NCBI RefSeq assembly: GCF_001194135.2
Contig: NC_068987.1
Location: forward strand, 47,495,955-47,559,954
Direction of reading: 5' to 3'
DNA from: Octopus bimaculoides
Lineage: Eukaryota
Length of the DNA: 64,000 nt
In this document: positions 28,200-40,406 of the stretch, piece by piece
How positions within the stretch are numbered: the first letter of the stretch is position 1
Layout of the letters: the number at the start of each line of letters is the position of its first letter
Position numbers and translations under genes: made by a program
The notes under the pieces: model-generated
Told to the model about the DNA's origin: nothing
What the model saw: the letters and a program-made list of their open reading frames with translations, nothing else
Database searches by the model: none

Positions 28200-28240
<41 letters not shown>

Positions 28241-28243
<3 letters not shown>

Positions 28244-29114
28244 TCATCATCATCATCATCATCATCGTTTAATGTCCGCTTTCCATGCTAGCATGGGTTG
28301 GACGATTTGACTGAGGAGTGGCAAACCAGATGGCNNNNNNNNNNNNNNNNNNNNNNNNNNNNNNNNNNNNNNNNNNNNNNNNNNNNNNNNNNNNNNNNNN
28401 NNNNNNNNNNNNNNNNNNNNNNNNNNNNNNNNNNNNNNNNNNNNNNNNNNNNNNNNNNNNNNNNNNNNNNNNNNNNNNNNNNNNNNNNNNNNNNNNNNNN
28501 NNNNNNNNNNNNNNNNNNNNNNNNNNNNNNNNNNNNNNNNNNNNNNNNNNNNNNNNNNNNNNNNNNNNNNNNNNNNNNNNNNNNNNNNNNNNNNNNNNNN
28601 NNNNNNNNNNNNNNNNNNNNNNNNNNNNNNNNNNNNNNNNNNNNNNNNNNNNNNNNNNNNNNNNNNNNNNNNNNNNNNNNNNNNNNNNNNNNNNNNNNNN
28701 NNNNNNNNNNNNNNNNNNNNNNNNNNNNNNNNNNNNNNNNNNNNNNNNNNNNNNNNNNNNNNNNNNNNNNNNNNNNNNNNNNNNNNNNNNNNNNNNNNNN
28801 NNNNNNNNNNNNNNNNNNNNNNNNNNNNNNNNNNNNNNNNNNNNNNNNNNNNNNNNNNNNNNNNNNNNNNNNNNNNNNNNNNNNNNNNNNCTGGCTACAC
28901 ATCTGGCAGAGGCCTTGGATTTTGGTCTCACTTGGCTTGCTGGGTCTTCTCATGCTCAGCATATTTCCAAAGGTCTCGGTCAGAAGTCATTGCCTCGGTG
29001 AGGCCTAATGTTCGGAGGTCGTGCTTCACCACCTCGTCCCAGGTCTTCCTGGGGCCAGGTCTTCCCGGGGCCAGGTCTTCCTGGGGCTAGGTCTTCCTGG
29101 GGCTAGGTCTTCCT
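28241..29114 (-). mobile_element. 5'-truncated RTE LINE (spans a gap) with (CAT)n tail
   Basis: The tail at 28241-28334 matches the RTE 3' end; 28891-29050 matches the RTE C-terminal coding region (GRPRKTW motif). Confidence 0.75.
28335..28890. other. Assembly gap; others at 11611-11646, 29782-29791, 31766-31901, 34855-34879, 35546-36107, 46867-46952 and 58672-59216
   Basis: Runs of N, mostly abutting microsatellites. Confidence 0.99.
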
Positions 29115-29589
29115 ACACAATACGCACATATATTTACAGCCTTAGTTTTAAGGTTCTCATGTCAATGATAAAAAAAAAAAAAAAACTTATACTTCCATAG
29201 ATTGGTCAATATTCCAGTTTATAGAAAACCAAATAGGGTCAAAAGCTTTGCCATTGTTCTCAAAAGCAAGGTCTCACTGGTGTGTGTTGTAGGAGGGGAA
29301 ATATTTGGTAGATTTGTTTCCACGAAAACCATACATAATAAAGAAGTCAGTGAAAATGAGAGAGACAGAAGAAGAGAAGTAGATGGCTGCTTCCATTGTA
29401 TTTTTATAGGGTTGAGGAGATTGCATTTTTCAAGAATGAAACATTAGCATGTTTCTATAGTTTAGGACTGGTCCCTGTTGAATGAATTTTGCAAAGATAA
29501 AGTCTGGAGGGTATTGTTTTAGGATAATGTTGGGACTTGTTACCTTGTTGGATTAGGCTGATTGAAGAATTTTTCACATATATAGACGT

Positions 29590-29739
29590 AGGCATGACTG
29601 TAGTAAGAAGCTTGCTTTGCAACCACATGATTCTGGGTTCAGTCCCACAGTGTGGCACCTTGGGCAAGTGTCTATTACTATAGTCTTGGGCCAACCAAAG
29701 CCTTGTGAGTGGATTGTTAGATGGAAATTGAGAGAAGCT

Positions 29740-29779
<40 letters not shown>

Positions 29780-29796
29780 TANNNNNNNNNNATATA

Positions 29797-29832
<36 letters not shown>

Positions 29833-29866
29833 TGTATATATACATATATATATTCATATGCCTATG

Positions 29867-29902
<36 letters not shown>

Positions 29903-30115
29903 TCTCCTTCTCTCATTACCATTTGACAACCAGTGTTGGTGTGCTTATGTCCCTATCACTTAGCTGTTTGGCAAAAGACACCAATAGAATAAGTACTAGG
30001 CTTACAAAAAAAGATATAAAGTAAGTCCTGGGATTGAATTATTCAGCTAAATCCCTTCAAGGCAGTGCTCCAGCATGGCTGCAGTCAAAGGACTGAAAGA
30101 AGTAAAAGATAAAAG
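29590..30115 (+). mobile_element. tRNA-derived SINE, family 1, microsatellite-expanded
   Basis: Head ggcatgactgtagtaagaagcttgct..gggttcagtccca, internal (AT)/(GT) tracts and the family tail gactgaaagaagtaaaag. Confidence 0.7.
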
Positions 30116-31158
30116 AATTTCTTTTTAAGGTGGTCAGCTGGCAGAATTGTTAGCATGCCAGGCAAAATGCTTAGCGGCATTTCATCTGTCTTTACGTTCA
30201 GAGTTCAAATTCTGCTGAGTTTGACTTGGCCTTTCATTCTTTTGGGGGTCAATAAAATAAGTTGAGCATTGGGGTTGATGAAATCAACTTACCCCCTTCC
30301 CTTGTGCCAAAATCTGAAACCAATATTATTAATTTCTTTACTCGGATATATTTTACAGTTCTGGAAAATCTCACCTAAAAACTTCAAGGCTGTGCTCTAG
30401 TATGGTTGCAGTCTAATGACTGAAACAGCTAAAATATAACACACACACACAAACAGACAGATAGACACACACACACACATACAGGCATGGATAGGCACTT
30501 AGAACAAGTGTCTTCTACTATACCTCAAAGCTGACAAAGTCCTGAGTAGATTTGGTAGATAGAAACTGAAGGAAGCTCACTATATGTACATACATTTACA
30601 TGTATGATTTTTCTCTGAGCTCTTCTTAAGAGAGTTCAAGCCACTTACTAACAAAGTGACAAGACTTTTTGAGTTAAGAGATTTCCCAGTGTTTGTAGAT
30701 ATATGTGGTTGAGTTTGTGTATTGGTTGAGCTGTTGATGCACACACTCAAGTGAGTGTGTCTGTTCACCTCAAGAATCTTAGATGGAGAATCTTTGGAAA
30801 GTCTTGCAAATCATCACTGTGCCACTAATAGATTGGATTTGGAGAATCCATATCAGTTTCTTTTGCTCATTCTTTGGAAAACCTAGTATTTCTACTTTTC
30901 CTGTGTAAATTTGTTTGTACATAGCCTAACACACATATGATAATGGGTGCAAATGAGAATTTATAGTCAGAGTACAAGAGATGTAAGCTGCACATTAATA
31001 AACCATAAATATGAATTAATGTCTATATATGTATATATGCATATGTGTATGTATGTGGATAGGTAGGAATGTATGTGTACATATATGTATTTATATGTAG
31101 GTATATACATATACATTTTTATATATAAGTAAATACATATACATTTACATATATATGC

Positions 31159-31226
<68 letters not shown>

Positions 31227-31728
31227 ATATACATATACATACACATATATATATATGTATGTAAATATATGCATATAACATCATTTTCATTCAAGCCCAT
31301 TTTCCATGCTAGCATGGGTGGGACAGGCCTCAGCAAGCTAAACCTTTCAGGTGAGATGACAAAGGACCAAGATACCTGGCACCTGGCCATACTTAAGAAG
31401 ACTCATACACTACAGCAGTAATGTTATGACTGATCCTTCTGGTGGTGTAAAACACTCGTGGTGGTGCTATGTGAAAGTGCCTGTGTGGTGCCACATAAAA
31501 GTGCCCGTGCAGCAACACATAAAACCGCCCATGTGGCTTCATGTAAAAGTACATAGAACATTCTGTAAAGTGGTTGGCATTAGGAAGGGCATCCAGCTGT
31601 AGAAACCATGCCAAATCAGACTGGATCTGATGCAGCCCCCCCCCCAGCTTACCAGCTCTGGTTATACCATCCAACCCATGCCAGCATGGACAATGGATGT
31701 TAAATAATGATGATGATTCGTGTGTATA

Positions 31729-31765
<37 letters not shown>

Positions 31766-32699
31766 NNNNNNNNNNNNNNNNNNNNNNNNNNNNNNNNNNN
31801 NNNNNNNNNNNNNNNNNNNNNNNNNNNNNNNNNNNNNNNNNNNNNNNNNNNNNNNNNNNNNNNNNNNNNNNNNNNNNNNNNNNNNNNNNNNNNNNNNNNN
31901 NTATATATATACTCTTTACTCTTTTACTCTTTTACTTGTTTCAGTCATTTGACTGCGGCCATGCTGGAGCACCACCTTTAGTCGAGAAAATCGACCCCAG
32001 GACTTATTCTTTGGAAGCCTAGTACTTATTCTATCAATCTCTTTTGCCGAACCACTAAGTTACAGGCACGTAAACACACTGTCATCGGTTGTCAAGCGAT
32101 GTTGGGGGACAAACACAGACACACAAACATATACACACACATACATATTTACACATATATACGACGGGCTTCTTTCAGTTTCCGTCTACCAAATCCACTC
32201 ACAAGGCTTTGGTTGGCCCGAGGCTATAGTAGAAGACACTTGCCCAAGGTACCACACAGTGAGTATATAGATTTATGTATATGTGTGTCTGTGAGTGTCA
32301 CTCTAATGCATGAGGTGTTCTTTGCTTTCAATCTTCCACTTAATCACGTTTGGGCATGGTGAAATATTACTTACTTGGAAAGAGGTAAGAGTTGGCAATG
32401 GGAAGGGCATCCAGCTGTATGAAATCTGTTTGATTCATGTGATCATGCAAAAATGGATGTTTCATATAAGTATATATATGATGAGAACTATTATATTTTC
32501 AACCAAGACATTACAACTGTATCTGTGTATGTGCATATATTTACTCGATTGCTGACATTTATCAATGGTTTCTCCCATTGTTTTGATGCACTATTTTCTA
32601 TCATTAATAGAATTGTTAGTATTTTTGACAACACGGGTATGCTAGTACAATATAAGCCGCTGAAATATTACGTTAGCGGCGGAAAATAATTGTAGCATG

Positions 32700-32808
32700 T
32701 CTAGTCATCCATAGCTATGGTTGCTATCCAATTGCCGGTTCTCTTTTTTAAACTTCCCATGCTGACATCTCTGTCGGCAGGAAAGCGATCGTTGCTCTCC
32801 AGGTATGT
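32700..32808 (+). promoter_or_regulatory. Putative promoter / non-coding exon 1 of ZNF B, with donor at 32803
   Basis: gctgacatctCTGTCGGCAGGAAagcgatcg is nearly identical to the A copy; CAG|GTATGT donor. Implied intron 32803-39632 (6830 bp). Confidence 0.6.
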
Positions 32809-33559
32809 ACGGTACACTTCATTCGCGTATCTATCCTCATTCGTATTAATAGTCCTGTGCATACTAATCATACACCAGTTACTCGACGTATTAATTGTAA
32901 AACATTTGTAACACTTCATCACGTCTTCTCAATCGATGACAAAGTGTGTAGGTTTTTTTTTAATTTTTCCTTTTTTTTTTTTTTGTCTTGAGATGTGTTG
33001 ACGGACAGAGAAATGTTGTTGGTGTGTTGGTGTCGGTAGACAGACAGGGCGACCTCATAGTAAAACTACAAGACATCAAGATCGACAGAGAGAAATGGTG
33101 TGACATGGTCTGGGATTTGGACAAGAGCTATTTGTCTGGTCAATGTGGGTTCGAATTGTGTTGAAGTCAGTCATTTAGATACCTTGTAGGTTTTAATTAA
33201 TCACCCACCCTCTTTTCTCACCGATTACGAGTTTATCGCAGAGCCTTTAACGTAAATATGTGTTGGATTACTCTAATCCTCACATAGAAACCTCAGTTAA
33301 TCCCCTAATGTTTATGTTTTGGCATATGGTCACCTCCCGCTATAGATTATATTATCAACGACCTTTCCCCATTTTCATATTGTTACCCTGTCTGCCATCT
33401 GTTTCTCTGATCTGGGCGGTGTCATTAAACATTGCTTATGTTGTTGTTGGTGCTGTAGGTGGTCTGATCGTTGTTGGTGTTTCAAGCCCCAAGCCAGTCT
33501 TGAACAATGGTCATCTTGTCTTATTTTCGGACAGTGCATGTAGATTGCTAACGCTGTTA

Positions 33560-33855
33560 TTGTTGTTGTTGGTGATAATAATGATGATGGTGGTGGTGAG
33601 GATTAAATATTGGGCGTTCCTCTTACAAGCATCAATGTTACTATGTTACTGATACGTTGGTTATAATAGTGTTGGTGATGGCGGTGTAGTGGTGGTGATG
33701 ATGATAGTGGTGATTATAATGGTGGTGGTGCTGGCGATGACGACAATGATGGTAATGATGATGATTGCGATGGTGGTGCCGCTGCTAGTGATGATATTGG
33801 TGATGGAGATTGTTATCTTGAAGCAATTGGAGGTAATTGTAGTGATGATAGTTGG
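33560..33855. repeat. Degenerate (GGT/GAT/GTT)n low-complexity tract (similar tract at 41410-41530)
   Basis: Direct inspection of the triplet periodicity. Confidence 0.85.
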
Positions 33856-33889
33856 CTGAAAAGCCTACTATTATTAATATTAGTAGTAA

Positions 33890-34105
33890 GGTGGCGAGCT
33901 GGTCGAATCGTTAACATGCCGGACAAAAGGCTTAGCGGCATTTCGTCTGTCTTTATGTTCTGAGTTCAAATTCCGCCGTGGTCGACTTTGCCTTTCATCC
34001 CTTCGGCGTCGATAAAATAAGTATCAGTTGAACATTGGGGTCGATGCAATTGACTTACTCCTTCCCTGAAATTGATGGCCCTGTGTCAAAAATTGAAATT
34101 ATTAC
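33890..34105 (+). mobile_element. tRNA-derived SINE, family 2 (other + copies at 30125-30330 and 44828-45045)
   Basis: ggtggcgagctggtcgaatcgttaacatgccgg..gagttcaaattccgcc head with the shared gcctttcatcc..gataaaataagta body. Confidence 0.75.
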
Positions 34106-37100
34106 TATTATCAAGAGCATTCCAGTTGGAACCATACTGTTTTTTTCTTTTCTTTTTTTTTTTGTTTGTTTCCTGATATATATTTAAGATAACTTTCTCC
34201 AATGTGTTGTTTTTTTTTCTTTTTAAGACAGTAATTTAACCTTCCACATTTTTGCCATCAACAGTTGCCCTTATGAGCCTTGTACTATACAATGTCAACC
34301 AATCATCAATCACAATAGACCCTATACTCCCTTACTGCATCCTGAATAGATAACTACACTTTTAAGCTATTAAACCTACCTATTTCCTAAGCTGCTTTGT
34401 GAGTGTACTATAGAGTAACAAAAAGTTTCACATTCCAAGAATTTTGCTTAGTAATAGTAGTAGTAGTAGTAGTAGTAGTAGTATATTTATATATATATTA
34501 TATACTAGCAGAAATACCCGGCTTTGCCAGGGTTAAAGAGAATAATGAAATCTAAAAACGCCGTCTAGACTACGCAACCCTCAACTGTTAGTAGCTACGA
34601 TACCATATTTCTACATTAATAACTCTCCAATCCATGCCAGCATGGAACATAGATATTAAGTGGAATGCTAGAAGAAAGTTTTCAACTCATATGTATATAA
34701 AGTAAATACACGTAATTCAGAAACACGTTTTGTGTATTTTATTTCGTAACCAAACAAACAGGTACAGATTATAAATAATGAAAGGCCAATTTTGGTGATT
34801 CATTTGACAGAGGTAGTAGAGAGACAATGCGATGATAAATCTGAGGTTGGATCTNNNNNNNNNNNNNNNNNNNNNNNNNTATATATATGTATATCAATAT
34901 AAATATATGAAAGTCAATGAAGTTTCGTAAAAGAAGGTGATCATGTACATACTTTCTTGCTGTTGTGATTATAACACCTCGTTGTAAACAATGTTCCTTG
35001 TTTTCCCCTGTGGAGCATATACAAATAGGTTTATTTTGCTGCCCACTCTTGAGCAGCCAACATACAGTTGTCCATGTGAGAAGCAGGGCTCTTCCAAGAG
35101 AAGACCAGCTACAGACAGTGCTCATCTGTTATGTTCGGGTTAAAATTTCATCAAAGTAGGTCTGCAACGAAATAATTTTACTCAACACTTTGCAAGTGAA
35201 TCAGTGACAATTTATGCACATTGCAGAAATCACAATGTAAGTATATCTGAAAGGGTAGTCTTACACTGTTGTACCGTTGAATTACAAATAATGCTCATCT
35301 GTTATGTTCGGGTTAAAATTTCATCAACATCCAAAATATATGAATTTTCATGGGAGCTATGGCCGTTATGCATAGAATATAATTTCCAAATTTCATAAAG
35401 ATCCATTCAGTACTTTTGACATAGTTTTGGATAAGAAAACAAATGACTAATGTGTGTGTTTGTGTGCATGTGTATGTGTGTGATGGGTGTATATATGTAT
35501 AGATATCTGTATGCATGTATATATATGTATGTGTACATATTACAANNNNNNNNNNNNNNNNNNNNNNNNNNNNNNNNNNNNNNNNNNNNNNNNNNNNNNN
35601 NNNNNNNNNNNNNNNNNNNNNNNNNNNNNNNNNNNNNNNNNNNNNNNNNNNNNNNNNNNNNNNNNNNNNNNNNNNNNNNNNNNNNNNNNNNNNNNNNNNN
35701 NNNNNNNNNNNNNNNNNNNNNNNNNNNNNNNNNNNNNNNNNNNNNNNNNNNNNNNNNNNNNNNNNNNNNNNNNNNNNNNNNNNNNNNNNNNNNNNNNNNN
35801 NNNNNNNNNNNNNNNNNNNNNNNNNNNNNNNNNNNNNNNNNNNNNNNNNNNNNNNNNNNNNNNNNNNNNNNNNNNNNNNNNNNNNNNNNNNNNNNNNNNN
35901 NNNNNNNNNNNNNNNNNNNNNNNNNNNNNNNNNNNNNNNNNNNNNNNNNNNNNNNNNNNNNNNNNNNNNNNNNNNNNNNNNNNNNNNNNNNNNNNNNNNN
36001 NNNNNNNNNNNNNNNNNNNNNNNNNNNNNNNNNNNNNNNNNNNNNNNNNNNNNNNNNNNNNNNNNNNNNNNNNNNNNNNNNNNNNNNNNNNNNNNNNNNN
36101 NNNNNNCTCTTTCTCTCTCTTTCTCTCTTTCTCTCTTTCTCTCTCTCTCTCTCTTTCTCTCTTTCTCTCTTTCTCTCTCTCTTTCTCTCTTTCTCTGAAA
36201 GTATCTGTCATTACAGTATCGAAATGTGAATGTTTCAGTTAGTAGAATAGTTTCATTTTTAAAGTGAAAGTATTTGACATGAGTGTTTTTGTTTCACTTT
36301 TGACACGTAATACTTAAATAGTGGAGGAGATATTATGTTGCCGTGGGCTCGAACTCTGCAAGAAGTTAAAAAAATTTTTTTTGACTAAACCACAACTGTA
36401 ACCCTAAGTAAGGCATCTGTAAAATTTGAATGAAATTGGTTGCGTAGTTCTCGAGTTTTAGGGATTCACACAGACAGACAGACAGACACACATTGTCATT
36501 TTTATATATATAGATAAATATATACATGGACGTTAAATGATGATGATGATGATACACAAACACACACACAGGTGCTGAAAAGTTCCTGGCTTTGGGTAAA
36601 AGAAGACACGGGGTAATCAGTCTTCTTTAATTTTTCTTTTTTCTTTTACTTGTTTCAGTCATTTGACTGTGGCCATGCTGGAGCACCACCTTAAAGGATG
36701 TTAGTTGAAGAAATCGACTCCAGGACTTATTCTTTGTAAGCCTAGTACTTATTTTGTCAGTCTCTTTTGCCTAATTGCTAAGTTATGGGGACATAAACAC
36801 ACCTGCATCGGTTGTTAAGCGATGGCGGGGTGAGAAAGTGAGAAACACACACACACACACACATATATACGACGGGCTTCTTTCAGTTTCTGTCTATCAA
36901 ATCCACTCACAAGGCTTTGGTTGGCCCGAGGCTATAGTAGAAGACATGTAGTGGGACCAAACCCAGTACCATTTGGTTGGTAAGCAAGCTTCTTAACATG
37001 CAGCCACATCTGTGCCTAATTATTAGGCACATGATTTTATTCAACATATTCTCCTCTCAGATTCACACACTTATTGCAGTGGTTCATCAGTTTTTCTAAG

Positions 37101-37660
37101 TCCTGTAAAAGAACCCGGAAGTTTAAGGCCTCCACGATAGTCTTAAAGCCAGGAAATTTTCAGCACCTCTCCCTTGTATACATACACATATATATATATC
37201 TGGTGCTTTACTGTACTCAAGAAGACACATTGTCTGCCACAGCGGAAGTGTTAATGGTAGAGGAGGATTGGCCTGCAAGAGCCATGTAAAAAGTACTTGT
37301 GTTGGCACCATGTAAAAGAGCTCCTGATGGTGCCATATTAAAAACACTCAGTACACACCGTAAAGTGGTTGGCATTAGGAAAGGCATCCAGTTATAGAAA
37401 CCAAGCCTAATCAGACTGGAACCTGGTGCAACTCTCTTGCATACCAGCTCTTTTATCTTTGAATTTTTACTTGTTTCAGTCATTAGACTGCAGCCATGCT
37501 GGGGTACTGCCATGAAGAATTTTTAGTCAGACCTATTGACTCCAATACTTATTTTTTAAAGCCTGGTACTTATTCTATCGGTCTGTTTCACTGAACTGAT
37601 AAGATACAGGATGTAAACACACCAGCACCAGTTGTCAAACAGTGGTAACAGAGATACAAA

Positions 37661-37714
<54 letters not shown>

Positions 37715-38268
37715 CATACACTGGGCTTCTTTCAGCTGTTTTCATTGCTTTCACTGATTCCTTACTCAGCATTCCTCTGGGAAATATATTGTGTGTGTGT
37801 GCATGTGTATATATGTGTGTTGTGTGTGTGTGGGGGGTATATATGTGCATTCATGTGTGTGTATGTGTGCATGTGCATGTATGTGTGTGCATGTATGTAG
37901 GTTGTGTGTGTGTGTGGGTATACATATGCACTTATATATTAATGATGTACATGACAGGCATACATAACACTGAAATATGCATATAAAGTAAACACAGGTA
38001 ACAGCTCATTTCACAGACACTAAACTATAAATTTTACAGAGTACAACCTTAAAGTTGACACCACTGTCTCACTATTGGCTAAAAATACACAGTTTTTTCG
38101 ATTTTTAAACCTCTGTAACTTTTTCCTCAAATTTTTTTTTTCACAAGATCATGAATTCACAGCAATAAGAATGGAAAACTACATCAATATAACTGATTTT
38201 CAAATTTTTTACTTCCTTTTAAAAAAATGCAGATTCTGTGAATCAATTTAACTAGATCTGCAAGCTTT

Positions 38269-38501
38269 CTTATTTCTTTATTGCCCACAAGGGGCTAAAC
38301 ATAGAGGGGACAAGCAAGGACAAACAAACGGATTAAGTCGATTACATCGACCCCAGTGCGTAACTGGTACTTAATTTATCAACCCCGAAAGGATGAAAGG
38401 CAAAGTTGACCTCGGTGGAATTTGAACTCAGAACGTAACGGCAGACGAAATACCGCTAAGCATTTCACCCAGCGTTCTAACGTTTCTGCCAGCTCGCCAC
38501 C
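38269..38501 (-). mobile_element. tRNA-derived SINE, family 2, near full length (other - copy at 40805-40995)
   Basis: Reverse complement of the 33890 family with intact A/B-box-like head and 3' tail. Confidence 0.8.
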
Positions 38502-38513
38502 AGACCTGTACCT

Positions 38514-38560
<47 letters not shown>

Positions 38561-38713
38561 ATGCATGTGCGTGTGTGTGGGTGTAACAGTAGGATGCTAG
38601 GTCAGAGTCAATGAAATGAACATGAATTGAAATCAGTTCTTTACGGATTTATGGTTACTTTAAAAAGAACTACCAAGATACATCAGTCTTGTAGAACAAA
38701 GAATGTTATAGGG

Positions 38714-38830
38714 CAGTAGTTCTCAACTGGGGTCTATATAAGGTTTTTTTTTGGGGTGGGGGGGGTCCATGCAAGCAGAGTAAAATTGTAATTGAAGGGG
38801 TCCATCGTAAAAAATGGTTGAGAACCACTG
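38714..38830. mobile_element. hAT (Charlie-like) MITE; relative at 44038-44290
   Basis: CAGTAGTTCTCAAC ... GTTGAGAACCACTG TIRs; flanks ttataggg/ttgtagac only partly match. Confidence 0.65.
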
Positions 38831-39701
38831 TTGTAGACAAACAAAGTTCATTTCACGATATTATATAGATGTGTTTTTCTTTAGATAGAGAGTGAATTTC
38901 TGTTGATGTATTGGAGTAATGAACTAGTGTTATATATTTTGCTGACAGTCAGGTTATAACAGAATCAGTTGAAATCATTTACATGACAGAAGGACAGTAT
39001 CAGAGAAGTTATACTTCAGTGCTCATGACTGTCAGCTCTCTATTGTGTTTAGTTGTCAGTTCACTGCTCACTGACCTCTGACTCATCAAGTCTGTCTCTG
39101 TGTTCATTATTCTTTTTATCAGCTGTGAATAGAATTAGAGCTTGACTGATTTTCAAGCAACAATTTTGGATTCATTAGAATTTTTGCTGTCATCAGTCAA
39201 AGACTTTAATGTGTAACAATTGAATATCATTGGTTAGATTTTTTTTGTGACGTCATCACATCCAGGAGTTGCTTTATCCAGATTCCAAAACTTTCTAGAA
39301 AACTTTGAACAGATTTTTGCTGACATGACAAAATACTGGTTACAGCCTTTGTGTTTGAAAACCAAAACGTTCCAAGTCTGAATCATGGTATAGATCTACT
39401 ACACATATATCGTAGATTTTGGTCTTATAATGAGATGGCTTCTCTAATATCAATTCCTTCTTTGTAGCTTAGATAATTGTTTTATGTAGATAAGAAGATT
39501 TACTAAAGGACACTTTGTAGTGTCTGTGTTAAGATTTCAAACTGATTTAGAAATAGTTTATTGTTTCTCCATTTGAACAATTTGAAATTAAGTGAAACAG
39601 TGCTACTAAAGGAGTCTTTTCCTTTATTTCAGTACCAACGATCATTTGCAAATGAAACACAAGAGTAACCGACATTGAGCTCTCAGATCTATCTCTAAAA
39701 A

Positions 39702-40406
39702 ATGGACTTATTGGCAGAATCTGAAGCCGAACCATACTACTGTGGAGTATGTGGCAAAGATTTTGTTCATATTGTACGACTGGAGGAGCACATGAAGGTA
39801 CATACTATAGAGAAACGATTCCCTTGTGAAATATGTGGAAAGAACTTTTCAAAAAATTCTGACCTCTCAAGACACATAAGAACACACACAGGAGAAAGAC
39901 CTTTCCGCTGTGATATCTGTGGTAGAGACTTCTCCATGAATTATAACTTAAAAAATCATTTAAAGACCCATACTGGTGAAAAGCCATATCAATGTGATAT
40001 TTGTGATAAATACTTTACTGAAAGATCCTCTTTGAGGAAACACATCAGGATTCATACAGGAGAAAAACCTTACCATTGCACAACATGTGGGGACAGTTTT
40101 ACAGATTATTCTACATTAAGGACTCATTTAAGGACTCACACAGGAGAAAAACCATACCATTGTGAGATCTGTGGTAAAGATTTCACTGCAAATTCCTCCT
40201 TGAAAAGTCACATTCGGACACACAACAGGGAAAAGCCATTTATCTGTAAGGAATGCGGTAACGGATTCTCATTCAAAGTTCATCTTAGAGAACATGTGAA
40301 GGCACATAACAAACCTGAACCAAGCCCTTTACGTTGTAAGATATGTGGAGATAACTTTGTGGATGATGTTGCTTTAACAAGTCATTTAAGAATACATACA
40401 GAGTAA
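39702..40406 (+). CDS. C2H2 zinc-finger protein, paralog B (234 aa, 8 fingers)
   Basis: Intact ORF MDLLAESEAEPYYCGVCGK, colinear with A finger by finger, with TGERP/TGEKP linkers F2-F6. Acceptor tttcAG at 39631-39632; acceptor region and 3' UTR resemble those of A. Confidence 0.93.
   Translation: MDLLAESEAEPYYCGVCGKDFVHIVRLEEHMKVHTIEKRFPCEICGKNFSKNSDLSRHIRTHTGERPFRCDICGRDFSMNYNLKNHLKTHTGEKPYQCDICDKYFTERSSLRKHIRIHTGEKPYHCTTCGDSFTDYSTLRTHLRTHTGEKPYHCEICGKDFTANSSLKSHIRTHNREKPFICKECGNGFSFKVHLREHVKAHNKPEPSPLRCKICGDNFVDDVALTSHLRIHTE

Noticed and set aside
29039-29114. Short direct-repeat array as a CRISPR
   Set aside because: No spacers, eukaryotic context, and the unit derives from RTE coding sequence.
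34503-34545. Helentron-like 5' end (tactagcagaaatacccggc)
   Set aside because: Resemblance only; the other end could not be identified next to the gap.
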